The notes under the pieces are model-generated. The model worked only from the letters and a program-made list of their open reading frames with translations. It had not been told where the DNA came from and did no database searches. The position numbers and the translations under genes are program-made. DNA of 63,133 nt, from NCBI GenBank assembly GCA_965649765.1, contig OZ287759.1, positions 15,810,001-15,873,133 on the forward strand, written 5' to 3'. The first letter of the stretch is position 1. Every line of letters begins with the position of its first letter. Positions 1 through 13,830 of the stretch are shown here, in pieces. The DNA is from Bispira polyomma (taxonomy: Eukaryota).

Positions 1-354
1 AAGACTTCAACTAAAAATATGGACTTTATGGATAAATTACAAGTTTTCCATTAAACTTTTTACAAAATATTGTATTTTCGCCCACACTACACTGAACTTG
101 ATAAACGATTTATACTCCCAGTTAATGGTGTAATACTAGTGTTCTGCCAGTGGAAATCGTAGCATTAAAATTTCCAAAGAGTAATGGCTGAATATATATG
201 TCCAAGGTATAAATATCCTATCAAAATTATCGCCCATCCTCGGCACCATAGTTAAACAAGATTAAAGAGGGGTACCCATATTTCAACTTAAATATCTCAG
301 CCATTTCTCAGCAGAATTTGATGTAACAAAAAGCACAGTAATCAACAAAATATA

Positions 355-545
355 TATTTTTCTACCTACCTATAACTTAAAAAACAATTATCTGTCGACC
401 TGTTTACCAATAACTTACAAAAAAAAAAAATCTATCGATCTGTAAGTTACAAAAAACAAAATATTAAGTAAAATAAACAAATATCTATCTACCTATAAGT
501 TACAAAAATAAAAATTATCTGTCGACCTGTCTAACTATTGCTTAA
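355..545. repeat. Fragment of the internal tandem repeat of the HINE-like element, in the opposite orientation
   Basis: 'tctacctataagttacaaaaa' and 'tatctgtcgacctgtcta' units are the reverse complement of those at 38400-39000. Confidence 0.6.
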
Positions 546-1707
546 AAAAATGCCATTTAAATTTGTTTATCGTATGGTACGATGGTCTTACGTATTATTA
601 TCATATTCATGAATTTGTGGGTTTAAAAATATAAAATTTATGAGATGATCCTGATTTTTCAATATTTGCATCGACTTCACTTCAACCATAAAAATCTTTG
701 TCATTTTTCAAATAAATTTCAATTTAAATTGAAAAGAGTGTTGCCATCTTAGAAATAATATGGAAAGGTATTCGTTGGAAGAAATTAACCTGCCGAAACT
801 GAGGGGTGTCAGATTTATATGATCAGTTATATTCTTATTACTTATATTATATTGTATGTATAAGTATAACCCACCTAACATAACTAATTTTATGTGTGGA
901 ATGTTAGAATAAATGTCCAAACCTATTTCATACATTTTATTACACCAGTTTATTTTCCCTTCCTTATGTCATTGTCCAGTAGCCTAGCTTCACTTCACCT
1001 ATGACCTCCGTAGTCTCCCTGGTTACGACTTCCATCCGCCCACTATTTTTGATTTGCGATTAACGTTTTGGGTTTGTTGCGCCTTAGAATTTGTTGTACA
1101 AAGATTAAGCGCTATAAAAGTACGACTAGATTAGATTAGATCCATTTCACCCAAGGTCAAATTACTCGTACTCAACTGGTGTGCCTGTTAATCGACAACC
1201 TAGAGGATCATTTGAATGGACTAGTTTAGTTTAGAATGGGTTGAAGATCGCATTCAAAATTTTTTTGTGATATTATGACTGGCAGTTAACTGGTGAAGTA
1301 AATCAAATAGGAAGATAGTTGGTTAAGGTGTTCTGCTCTGCCAACCACAGCCTTCAGCAAGTGTACTGCCAACATTCCCTCATAGATGCCAGGACCAAGG
1401 TTCAAAGCCACCACTCCAGTGGTGTGAGGCAAGCGTGTCACCACCACACCACCAAAGCCCCTATTCTGGTTTAAACATATGTATTTTCTTTTGACTGACA
1501 TTTTAATCATAATTTAATAAAAGTTTCAATCGATTTCGAAGAAATATCTTGACCGTAAAAAGCTTTTCGGAGTACAGTATTTCCTTGTCAACCATATCAA
1601 AATATATTTTGACAGAGTTGGCGTTTTTCAACTATTTTTCAAAATGACATTGCAAAATGTTAATTTTTTTTTGTCGCAATGCACAAAGAAACTGATATGC
1701 ATATAAA

Positions 1708-1937
1708 TTTGAATTTGGATATTTAACGTCCACTCTAGTACCTTTTAGTAGGTTATATTGGGACGGGTAGTGGGAAACGCTGGAGGAAACACTGCATACA
1801 GTTGGTCAAGGATCTGCAGAGAAACCAGCGGCCCACAGTAAGGAACTACCACCTTTCCCACATAGGCATCGACGGGATTCGAACTCACGCTGCCCAGAGG
1901 TGAGAGACCAGTGATTGTGAAGCGCAATGCTTGCTAA
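1708..1937 (-). mobile_element. tRNA-derived SINE family A, slightly 5'-truncated
   Basis: Reverse complement of the 51983 copy; B box GAGTTCGAATCCC; TSD ATATGCATATAAA at 1695-1707 and 1942-1954. Confidence 0.92.
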
Positions 1938-2504
1938 TATTATATGCATATAAAACCGATATATAAAATGTGTATCACAATCTTGATTTAAATTTTGTTT
2001 GAGTTTTCAATAACTTTTTTTGTCAACACTTGTAAGGGGGTGTAAAATATGGCAAGGGGGTGTAACATATGGCTGAGGGGTGCATACTATGGAAAGTGAT
2101 TTGCCATATTATACACCCGATGCATTTTATGGCGCTACATCGGGGCATAAAAAACACAAATGCTCAAAATAAATTCAAACATTTCTTTTTATATGGTCTT
2201 GGTAATCCGATACAAATTGGATCGTCTGGCAGATTCCCGATTCCCGGCAGGGGGGAACTTGTTTAGAAAAATTTCCCCCGCATCATTTTTCCTAAATTTT
2301 TTTCCAACCTTTAACATATCTTTTGTTACTTTATTTAGTTTTACTTGTGTTTCTGGGAGAATGCCCGTCAGTAGACAAATACTTGATTTGTCTTTAAGCC
2401 GAGTAGAAGATTGTAGAAAAAACTTAGACATATACCGTGGCTAATAAACACCTTGAATAAATCAATCAAGGTTACAGATTTGTACATAAAGATAAAAATG
2501 TCAG

Positions 2505-2972
2505 AATGTTATAATTATTAGTGTATGATACACATATTTAAACCCTACCATTATTAAAAAAACAATTTGCCTACTCCTGGAATAGAACTGGCATACTTGG
2601 AATTACTGCCTGTAATTGATACAAAATATTTTACAAAAAAACATTTTGCCCTCTCCTGGAATAGAACCGGCAGCCTTTGGATTACTGCATGTAACTGATG
2701 AAAAATATTTTTAAAAAAAGATAAAAAATGTCAGTGTAAATTCCATAATTGTTAGTGTATGATACACATATCTGAACCCTACCGTTATAAAAGAAAACCT
2801 TGCTCACCCCTGGAATAGAACTAGCATACTTAAGATTAGTGCCTATAATTGATAAAAAAAATATTTAAAAAAAAAAAAAATCTTGCCCCCTCTTGGGATA
2901 TAACCGGCAACATTTGGGTTACTGCCTGTAATTGGCGAAAATATTTCAAGTGTGCTGCCAACTAAGCTATAA
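2505..2972 (-). repeat. Tandemly multiplied tRNA-derived 3' halves (4 copies in a ~235-bp dimer repeat) plus one tRNA 5' arm
   Basis: Minus strand reads 'gcagtaatccaaaggctgccggttctattccagg' or variants at ~2570, 2650, 2805 and 2887, and 'tatagcttagttggcagcac' at ~2952-2971. Confidence 0.55.
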
Positions 2973-4714
2973 CTGCTAATGACTTTGGTACTGTCGATAG
3001 TTGTTCATGAAGTACATAAGTGACAAACTACAATGGAATGTTCCAAAGTGGCCAATTTCAGGTTCCTCTTATTTTGTAAAACGACCACTTCAACCACTTT
3101 ATTTAACCTGTTCCTCTACGAACAGCAGCTGATAAGTATTATATATATATTCAATGATGTTTTGGCAGTACTGTGTTAAAATATGACAAAAATACATACA
3201 GTTGTGACTTAATTATGCCATGAAATGTGTCAAAATCATGGAAAAAGTGGCCAATTTCAGGTTTATTACTCTATATTTACTTTGTTTGTAAAACTTGCAG
3301 CTCGAGAAACCTCCGAAACAATGTGACCAAAATATGGTATCACGTGACTATGCACTAGCTAAAACTTTCCAACAAAAAACAATTGCTAATATCTGTGACG
3401 TCCGCCCAATAATATGCAGTAAAATTTGTCAACACATGAACTTAATTGATTATTATTTGGAAAATTTGCAAAATGGCTAACTAGTGGTTCACTAATCTCG
3501 GACCTTTTGCAAGCTATAACAGCTGAAAATATTAAAATTAGAAAATAAGTTGTTTGGTCATTTCGAGAGCTGTACAAAAGTCGTTTTTATCAAGTTTTAA
3601 AGCAAAATTAGTTAGTTCTTGAAATCCATTTCGACTGCTAACTAGTGACTGGTTCACTATTTTTAGACTCGTCAGTAACTGGCTTTGTACTGGTGGCATT
3701 ATCATGATATGGCTGGCAGGCCATTCGCCTCTTGTTTATTAATAACTCAGAAATTACTAAAGGTAAAAATTTCCTAAAAATATGTTGAGAAAGCTTATTT
3801 TATTGCGGTTATTGTGATTTATGTTGCGTCAAAATCTGTTGAGAAATGGTAAAATATTTAAGTTTAAATACAGGTACAGTACCCATTTTACGTGGTTTGT
3901 TTAATCGATTAGGCTGTTTTTGAGAATAAATAAAATATAAAACAAGCTAGGGGTCAAATTAATGACTGACAGTATATTACACAATTACCCACAGCATATA
4001 AAGTATGTAATAAAGACTTCTTAAATACTGTATACGCTATGGGTACTTGTCTAAGATACTGCCAGCCATCAATTAATTATGGTAGACTTTGTTATCCGAA
4101 CATGTTAGGAGAGCAAGATTTTTGTTCATAAAGTAGAAGAGGAATTTAGCACAATACAAAACACGGAAAACATGGAGAGTGAATATTGGTTTATAAAATA
4201 GAATATTTAAATAATAGAAGTTTAGGTAATAGATCTTACTCTAATATATAACCAAACTTACTAAACCAACTGTAATATAAAACCAAACTTACTAAAGCAA
4301 CTGTAATATAATATATAATACTTTCGAAACAGAACCGCTATTTTTTTTACAACACATCCCATCACACTGATACAGAAGAGTTTAACAACAGATACAAGTA
4401 ATTGCAATATGCTACAACAGAATGTGGAAATTTGACTGTCTAAACTCTGGATGTTTATAAAAAATTCTCAGTGATTACACGTCGGGTCCCATATTTCTCT
4501 GAATAGTTTTTTGTATTTTTATTCACAATTTTTAGCTAAGACAATTCTTATTCTAAGAATAAAAAATTCTTAGAATACAAAATTTTCTAAGTATAACAAT
4601 TTTTCTAAGTATAACCTGGTGTATACTTGCAGTTGCTGGGTTTTGAAAAACCATTGCTGATTATTTGAGAAAAAAAAACAACTTAGGAACGACTGCAGAC
4701 AAAAATATTATAAA

Positions 4715-5310
4715 ATATTGTGTGAAAGCTTATGCTATTGCCATTACTGTGCTTTTTGTTGCATCAAAATCCGTTGAGAAACGGCTGAGATATTGAAGTT
4801 TAAAATACAGGTCCCCTGGTTTGTGGACTGTTTGTTTGAGGTAGGCGAAAATAGGGGGTTAATTCTCAAATCCGCTGTTACATAATTTGTCACATAACAA
4901 AATTGGTGATATATAAGAAGAATTGTATGCTTCGTTGCTTAAATTAGTTTTAACACATATATTTCTCCTGTTTGGTTCAGAATTTGTATTTTTTTTTTTT
5001 TTTTTTATCAATTTCTGACTGCAGATTTACGAGAGTTTGTTTTCGCTTACCGATTTGACCTACTTGCTAACTAGGTCGGCTATGACGCGTTACCGGACAC
5101 GAGAATTTAGCTTTTCCTCCAACAGTGAATAATACGTCACAGTGACGTCATAATGATGTCGGGTTTTATAGCTACATCACAGCTTACACACCCGGTAGTA
5201 AAAATGGGTAACCTTACCTAACTATATATAACTCAGCCGTTTCGCAACGAATTTTGATGGGGAAAAAACACAGTAATCACACTAAAATAGGCTTTCTTCT
5301 GCTATTTTTC
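4715..5310. mobile_element. MITE-like element with long imperfect inverted arms (related arms at ~280-355, ~3770-3880, ~55770-55900)
   Basis: 'tactgtgctttttgttgcatcaaaatccgttgagaaacggctgag' (~4746-4789) is inverted relative to 'ctcagccgtttcgcaacggattttgatgg..aaaaaacacagta' (~5232-5276). Confidence 0.55.
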
Positions 5311-7944
5311 AAGTCACCATCTGACGAGTTTTGAGTGTATATCTGATGAAAGGAAGCACAGCATCGGCCGACGTCGGATCGGATCGGACACCTTCAAATC
5401 CGCCGACGTCGGAATGTGCTGAAAGGAAGCGTATGCTAAATTTTTACACAAAATTTTCGTTTCTGACCAAAAACCCATATAGATGGAAAAAATCAGAAAG
5501 TAATATGTGTATTGATTGCACTGTTGAAGGAAGTGAAACACATTTTATTACAATGTAAAAACTCTTTACAATTATGGAATATACTAATTGAAAATAATTA
5601 TATTCCCGTTGCAATCAGAGAAAATCCTGAAAAAAATTTAGCGTTTTAGGTGTCTTTTGATAATAATTTTCCTGTATCCAATTTTTACGTTATAGTCCTT
5701 ATAACTCGTTTTAGAGGCTTGATCTGATGTATCTTAAAACATGTTGTGCAAGTTTAGGTCAACTTCAACTTTTATCTGGAAATTATTTCGGCCCTCAGAT
5801 TAGGGTCACCTTAAATTATGACGTATGTTAACCTTAGTGGCCCTCAGGTTAGGGCAGCCTTAAAGTATTGCTTAAGAATAATCTTAAACTCAGTTTAAGA
5901 TTAACAGTCAAACTTAAACTGATAACGCATTCATGTATAACTTAAGTTAAAACTTAAACTTATTTTGTTCAAAATGACCTTTACTTTTAAAATTTACACA
6001 TTGTATTCATTAATGTATTACGTAACCTATTAAGAAATGTAAATAGTCAGTAGATTAGAAGTGTATTTTATATATTTTATACAATTTATATAATAAATTA
6101 TATACCCTCATTGAGTTTGTTATTGGATTGGGAGTGTTGGGGACTGATTATGTGCAATGTGTTTAATTATAAGGGAGGGTTGTTGACTACTTCAGCATAT
6201 AACAATAGCCTCACATACAATTGTTTGACCAAAGGAGTCTACTAACAATTTCCTATGACGAGGAACTGTATGAAAACAATATAATATTTTCGGGTGTTGA
6301 CTGCTTGCAAATAAACGTAGCTTCTGGGAGTAACAAATACTGTGGATTGCTTTTACAGGTTTTCAGGTTTTTCCTAAAACCAGAAAGTGTTTCTAGTAAT
6401 CTCAGCTCAACAGGGACACTATTCCATAACATAGCTGCATCAATTGAGAAAGCTCTGGATCTAGCCCTATTGGTGGGTTTTACAGAGGAAATAGAAAAAT
6501 CTTTTTTTCCCTTTAAGTAAGTAAAGGAAAGATAAGCAGCAATGTAGGGCGGATGGTTGTTGAGGCATAACAGCTTTGAGAGAGGTTACTTGAATTTTTA
6601 ACAAAATTTAATAGTGCCCCGGCAGTACGTAAATGATACTTTAACTTTTATACAGATTTAGGTATGTTTAGTACACACACAATTGTGATGTTAATTAAAA
6701 TAAAATTCAAAAGAGCCCCCAAAATAACAATAGTGATGATGATAGTAATTTAAGCAACCTATAATAACATATTTATACATACTTCAATAGGCACTATATA
6801 AATTTAGAAGTTGAATTTGTATTTAAATCACACATAGGTTCGGGAGGTCCGAGTATTAACCTTTTTAGTATCTAAAGGACACAATTACAATATGTAATAC
6901 AATGTAATCGAAAAATATTTTTAGTAAACATATTTGTGTGGTACATTTTTCATTCTAATGAAATTTAGTTTTGGCGGAAAACGCATAACACATATTTAAT
7001 GCGTATATGACATGAAGGTTGGGTGTCAAACCAACTATACATCCAAATAATAACTAAAAACGAGAAGAACAAGATCAAAATGGGTTTACAAAGGTTAACA
7101 TTTTAAAATATGGCTTACGATACAAACATAAACAGCTATTAAAAACGTGTTAAATGCGTAAACAAACTTGTACAGAACGTGTACAAAACATGTACAAAAC
7201 GGCCCATACATTGATTTTCCCCAAATTTTTACTTTGTTTATTTCCGTTTTCTTACATTTACGGAATTTAAATTTAACGTGCTTAGTGTGACCACGGCATT
7301 AGTAGTTGAATAAAGGAATTAATACTCTAATAACACTAGAATGAATACGTAAATAATGACGCTGTAAAATAATGTGAAAGATGATGCTTAATTTAATATT
7401 TTTAGTATTGCTCTTGTACACGAATAGGGACTTATAAATTCTAATTACTTCTAACCAAAACCCAGAACTCAAAAATAATGCAGCTAAATCAATTAGATGT
7501 TTGACGTAACACAATGAAACAAAAATATTTAGAGGTTTTGTTATACTGCACATTTCTACAATAGTAACAAATTGAGAAAAATAAATCTCCATTTCAGGAC
7601 TGGCACAGTAGTAGTAAAAGCTATGGTCACAGTGTTAAGGTGTTTATGGCTGATGTTTCTGGTCACAATTCTTGACACTGATGACCTAATACGCTTTGTT
7701 GGATAGATTGAAACAGATGTGTCTCAATGGTAGACAATCATGTTGGTATTCATCATAAACAGGATATTATCAGAATAATCTTTAATTTGATGATATTTCC
7801 ATTTTTTATGTAAAAAGGTAGCAATGAATAAAAGTTATGACAATACAAACAAGGTTTTGGTAATTTAAATACATGTGTTTTTGGCATAAACTTTTCTAGG
7901 GGCCAGCTACAGTGACCTGGTGGTTAAAAGCACTTGCTTTACAA

Positions 7945-8540
7945 TCTTTAGCCTCGACTACTGCAATTCTCTCTTGTACGGAGCAAACAAGTCACACATT
8001 AAAAAGCTCCAGTCCATCCAAAACTACCTATGTAGGGTCATTTTTTGCCTGGGTTGTCGCACAGACGTCACTCCTTACCTCAAAAAATTACACTGGCTGC
8101 CCATTAACTCTGGCATTTTGTTTAAAATTCACGTTACTAATTTTAAGGCTGTAGTCACTCAACAGCCCCCCCCTACCTTGCCTCCCTTCTTTCCTTCAGT
8201 AACTGCAAGAGAGGCAACAGACTCTCCGTCACTTCGGTCAGACCAATCAGAAAGGCGGGATTCAGAGCGTTCTTCACTGCAGCTCCACGGTTATGTAACA
8301 GTATCCCATTCGACCTCAGATCAGTTGACACACTTATCGGTTTTAGGAAAAAGCTTAAAAACTATCTTTTTAATCTTGCCTACCCACCTTGGCTTCCCTC
8401 ATGCACGCTCCCACTTCCTTCCTTACGACTTTGCAATGTCCATGGACTTAATGATTGGACCAATGGTTCTGCTGTTGCTCTTTAGAAGATGCCTAGCATC
8501 AATAAAGCACCTTAAAAATCTGTTATAATAATAATAATAA
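7945..8540 (+). mobile_element. L2-type LINE 3' fragment with (TAA)n tail
   Basis: LDYCNSLLYG...IKKLQSIQN...VTPYLKKLHWLPI...FKI is the L2 ORF2 C-terminus; ends in ataataataataa. Confidence 0.85.
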
Positions 8541-9337
8541 ATACATACTTTTAATTCAAACAATAAGATATCCAATTATCATACAACATGTAAACCCTGT
8601 GGTCTAGTGGTTAGGGTGTTGGTCTGATGATCAGAAGGTTCTATTCCCAGTACTGGCGGCTAGTTTCATCTGGTGGGATAATATCCTTGGGCAAGATGTG
8701 GACACAAGTTTGCCTAGTGGCTTGGATGACCACTTAAAATGGCAATCCCCTGTCACTGAATAATATCTCAAGTGGCAGATTAAAGATCCTTGGAGACGTT
8801 GATAAATGGTCATCCTCAAGAAGCCTCGGCGCCCATATTTGCTGCCCATGAGGAAACGCATTGGAAACAGCCTTGTGTTGTACAAGTGCATATAACAAAT
8901 GTCTTATTTCCTTTTCATTTTGTTTCATAAACTCTGATCTCTTATATAAAATTATTAAAATGTTTTTTGAATGTACTTTCGAGAACACAAAAGTTCAGTG
9001 ATGTACAAATTGCTGTCTTTAATTAAGTTCGACTAAAATATCCACCTATATATTACTGTCTATAAAAAGAACAAAGCATTATTGAATATAAGTTACACTA
9101 CAAAATAATACATCAGATGTGATTCAAGTTATGCTATTACTTATTGTGTAAGAATAGGGCCATTGACGTTTAAATTCAATTTACTTTCAGCAAACAAAAA
9201 CTAAAAATTGCTGCCACTAAATCAATTACATCTATGACGTAAGTTACTGAAATAAAAACCTTTTTGAGGTTTGGTTATGCTGCACATATTTCTTTAAAAA
9301 AACAACTAAATGGTAAATTAAATCTCTATTTAAAACT

Positions 9338-9598
9338 AGGGGCCGCAGTGGCCTAGTGGTAAGCAAGTATTGCGCTTCACAATCATTGGTCTCTCATCTC
9401 TGGGATCGGCTGGCGTGGTTTAGACTCCCATTGATGCCTATGTGGAAAATGTGGTAGTTCCTTACTGTGGGCCGCTGGTTTCAGTGCAGAACCTTGATCA
9501 ACTGTATGCAATGTTTCCTCTAGGGTTTCCAACTACCCGTCCCAATATAACCTAAACAGGTACTAGAGTGGACATTAAATATCCCAATTCAAATTTAA
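9338..9598 (+). mobile_element. tRNA-derived SINE family A, full length
   Basis: A box GTGGCCTAGTGG; ATTCAAA tail; TSD CTCT(A/G)TTTAAAACT at 9324-9337 and 9599-9612; empty site present in other array copies (~11290). Confidence 0.92.
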
Positions 9599-12500
9599 CT
9601 CTGTTTAAAACTGGCGTAATAGTGAAAACTAGTCGCAATGTAAGGACTACTGTTTTTGATCATGTGGAAAGTTTAAGATAAACTTATGATACATATAGTT
9701 TTTTATTTTAGTAAACAATTTTGTCAAGTATTTTACAATTTATAATGATAATCTATACTTTCAATCAATTGTTGAAAAAAAAGCATTGTCTCATGAACCA
9801 TGGTGTCTCAGTTTGTTCTGCATATAGAAATTAGCTCTGATACTATTTTACATTTACATTTATGAAATAAACTTACAATTTTTCATTTTGAAAGATTACT
9901 AGAATAGAAGTTAAGAAACATGTGTCACACAGATGAAATGCCCCTAATTCTAGTAATTTCCTCTTGATTTTGGAACTAATAAACAACCCTGACAAAATCA
10001 GCAGGAGTGTTGCTGGTGGAATTCAAATTTGTTAATAGTTGGTGTAAAGCATGTTTGTGCCTGGCATATGTAATAGGTTCGATTTCTTACCTGTGATAAG
10101 AAATTGCCGAAAATATAATTATGGTCCCTTGTAATAAATGCTAAATGTAAGTTTCTCTCATTAAAATACCAACAATGAAGAGAAAATCCCAGAATATGGA
10201 TTTAGATATACACTGGGTGTAAAGTTACTTCAATCATCTTTTTAAACTCGCCTAACCTTACACCTAATTCCTCCTGTACACCTCCACATTTTTAATTGAT
10301 TCTGTTGTTGTGCTTCATGTCTCTAGAGGAAGTTCATTTAGTTTGGAACACCACTGAAATATTAATACTAAATAGACGTATCATTGTAAATATAATGAAT
10401 CATATGCCATAGGTATTATCAACCGGTGTAACTAGACCATTATAACATGAGTGGATCCTTAGTCTGTTTTCCTTCTATCTCTATCTGTCCAAATGTGACA
10501 TCCAATAAGGATTAAACCTCAGCAAAGATGAGCTTCTGCACAATAAATAACCGCCTTTTCCTGTCATCCCCCACTAGGTCACAGATAATTGATCAGGTAA
10601 AAAGCATTTTTAGAGTTTTTGTGACTGGGGTACAAAAAGTCAAGAAACCTTGTGGCTGTAATCACCAAAATTTTAAGCACGAGCCTAAGGTCAACTGGTC
10701 TCTTGCATGAGAGAACACTTTAAGTTTCAATATCTCTTGTTAGACTGAGGTGAAGTAACATCTGAATACATATTTAAATTCAACGCTCAAAGCTCTATTA
10801 AAAGGGGATGATCACAAGTAGGTTACTTGTTCAATCAGAACTATACATAGCCTTTACTTAGGTCTTAGCAGGAGTTTTCTTGGAGAAACTGTGGACCCTC
10901 ATAGGAATCTATGAATATGACCTGGAACAAAAGATACTTTATATGTATATTTTTAATGTACTGTGGGGAACACACAAGTTTGGTGACAGAAAAATTGTTG
11001 TCTTATCAATTTGCTAAATTAAGTTCCAGTAAAATATACACTTCTATTTTACTCTCTACAAAATAATACATCAGATGTCATGCTGAATTTAAGTTATTGT
11101 ATTACCTTTTGTGTAAGAATAGGGACATTGACATTTAAATTCTGTTGACTTTTTAAAAAGAAGAACCAAATAGGCTTCCACTAAATCAATTACATCTATG
11201 ATGTAAGTTACTGAAATAAAAACCTGTTTGAGGTTTGGTTATGCTGCACATCTTCGCAACAGCAACTAATTGGGAAAATAAATGTCTATTTAAAACTGGC
11301 GTAGTAGTGAAAACTAGTCAAAATCTAAATTATGTATATAAGGACAGATGCTATTGATTATGTAAATAGTTTAAGATAAACTTGTTACATTTATTACTTT
11401 ACTTTAGATTTATAATACGAATCTCTACTTTGACCAAATTTTTGAAAAAAGCTCTGTTGATTATTTTCTTTGTTATAATGAACCATGTTGTCTGAGTGTG
11501 ATTTCTGTTCTACTTATTTAACATAACACCATAGAAATAGCTCTGATACTTTTTTATTATATCAAAATAAACCATGTTGTATATTGAAATTTTACTGGAG
11601 TAGTAGTTAAGAAACAGGAGTTTTTTGCTATTCACAAGTCACACAAAATAAATACAACCCAATTCTGGTAATTTGCTCTTGATTTTGGAACTAATAAAAA
11701 AAAAACTCTCTCTGATAAAATCAGTAGAAAAGGAGTGTTGCAAGTAGTATTGACATTGGTTTATATTAAGTGTAAGGGATGTCCACCCCTGGCATAGGTA
11801 ATAAGTTAGATTTCTTGACTATCATATGAAATTGCCGAAAATTTAATGATGGACCCTTGAAATAAATGCTAAATGTGAGTTGCTCTCATTAAAATACCAA
11901 CAGTGAAGAGAAAATCCCAGATGATGGATTTAGATTTAGACAGTAAAGTTACTTAAACAATGCATTGCAGTAATATAAGCATATAAGCTTTACATAAGAG
12001 TTGTCAGGTATCATCTATGCTATGCTGTGTTTATGAGATTTTGCCACAGTGCTGTATGTCCCTCCTGATGTGGGACTCAATGTTCTATTGCTTTTTTATG
12101 TTATAAAGAATAGTAGTCCTTGAACAAGTGATAGTCGTCAGAAATCAACGTGATACACTGGGATGGTCAGATTAACAGAAACCTTGGTTAAAGAAAATTT
12201 TGATTCTGGGCATCAACACTGAAAAGGATGCACTGGTTCTGAGCTGGGATTCTCAATGTCAACTCAGGCTTAAGCTTATACACATCTCAAATATGGACTA
12301 TGTGTAAATTCTGGTATATGGAAATCACCTGTACTTGTAAACACTTAATAATGGCTTTAGACACTAAATTCAAATATGAACTGAGATTTTAGATATTTTT
12401 AGATCTATATAGGTTTTTTGTTCATGTGGGTATCTCTCCATACATAAAAAAATACTATTCGTCATCAAATTTTGTTTACAATCCATGTCAACAGTCCTGC

Positions 12501-13603
12501 TACTTTGTAGTTCATCTGTCCTTCAGGATCCTTCTACTACCTCTTTGAAACCCACCAGGAGGGCTGGATTTTTAGCTTTCTCAATTGCTGCCCCGATGTT
12601 ATGGAATAGTCTTCTGGTTGAGCTTAGACCACTGGAAACACTTTCTGGATACTATCAATCGCTGTAACTAGACCATAACATGACTAGATCCTTTGTTTGT
12701 GTTCCTCCTTCTCTGTATTTCCACATGTGACATCCATTAAGGGTTAAATCTCTGGAAAGACAAGCCTTTCTGGTAATAATAACAGCCTTTCCCTGTCATC
12801 CCCCACTAGGTCACAGATAATTAAACAGGTAAAAGGAAGTCAGAGTTTGTGACTAGAGTACAAAAAGCCAACAGACCTGTGGTTGTAATGTTCTAAATTT
12901 TAAGCTCAACTTTAAAATCACCGGTCCGTATCTCTTGCATGTGAGAATATGCATGAAATATGATTTGTTGTCCATCAACCCCCACTGTGCCCCCTGTAGT
13001 GGACCAATGTAACAATTTAGTTATTAATTTCTAATTTATTGCAATAGGTTATTCACAGCAGAAGAGGTTGCTTTAGAATCACCAGGGCCAAGTTGACACC
13101 GGAGTAGAGTAAACATCTTTCCATTTTATCAGTAAATTTGACTCTCTTGACTTTCGTGTATTTAGAGATCGTGATTAGAACAAAGATGGAGTTGTAGTCA
13201 CATTAAAAGTTGTTGAGAATACACCTTGTATATAGGGCAATTGCTAAAGTTGCCCCTAAATTTATTCCAAATAGTGTACAACCAGTGCACATTATTGGTT
13301 GCTTTAGATCGTTTTGATCCGCCAGTAGTCGCTAACCAAAGTCGTAAAAGTGGGACAAAGCCTATATTATTAGGAAAATCTACTAGTGCCAGGCACAAAG
13401 ACATTTTGTGATTTTTTGTGACAGGTCACACATTCATGAATCAGACCCACAATATGGATATGCTTGGACTTCCAAGAAGGCCATCACAAGCGAGTTTCGA
13501 AATTTGGAAACCTTTGTGGCAAACAATCACACTGGATTGGCTGTTTATAACATGCAACACTTGTGAGGGTATTCAAGAATATTCTTTGTTATTCCAGCCT
13601 TTC

Positions 13604-13830
13604 CGGGGCTACAGTGGTTAGTGGTTGGTCCTAGTGGTTAAAAGTGCCTGCTTCACAACCACTGGTCTCTCACCAATGTGGGTGTGAATCCTGTTTGTAA
13701 CTTTATGTGGGAAAGTTTGTCTTTCCGTAGGTTGGTGGTTTACAATGCTTCATCACGGGTTTCTTCCACCATTAAACCTGGTCATTGTGGTTATGACCAT
13801 AAGATGCTTAACACGACGTAAAACTGAACT
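13604..13830 (+). mobile_element. Older tRNA-derived SINE amplified as part of the array unit (also ~24920-25108, ~29483-29710, ~39458-39660)
   Basis: GGGGCTACAGTGG..CCTAGTGGTTA head, 'cttcacaaccactggtctctcacc', GGT(G/T)TGAATCC B box and 'gacgtaaaac' end; related to family A but diverged. Confidence 0.75.

Noticed and set aside
1745-1927. Similar 60-66 aa ORFs here and at 61171-61384
   Set aside because: They are incidental frames in SINE family A copies.
12980-13010. CTCF site in 'gtgccccctgtagtgg' of each unit
   Set aside because: Only the AGGGGGCAC half matches; the 5' CCAC part is out of register.
13198-13411. Recurrent 61-80 aa ORFs on both strands in every array copy (also 24195-24471, 28823-29008, 36970-37209)
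   Set aside because: Recurrence follows from the duplication. The plus-strand ORFs start at TTG, the minus-strand frame has a stop in copy 3, ends vary, and I see no domain or splice support.
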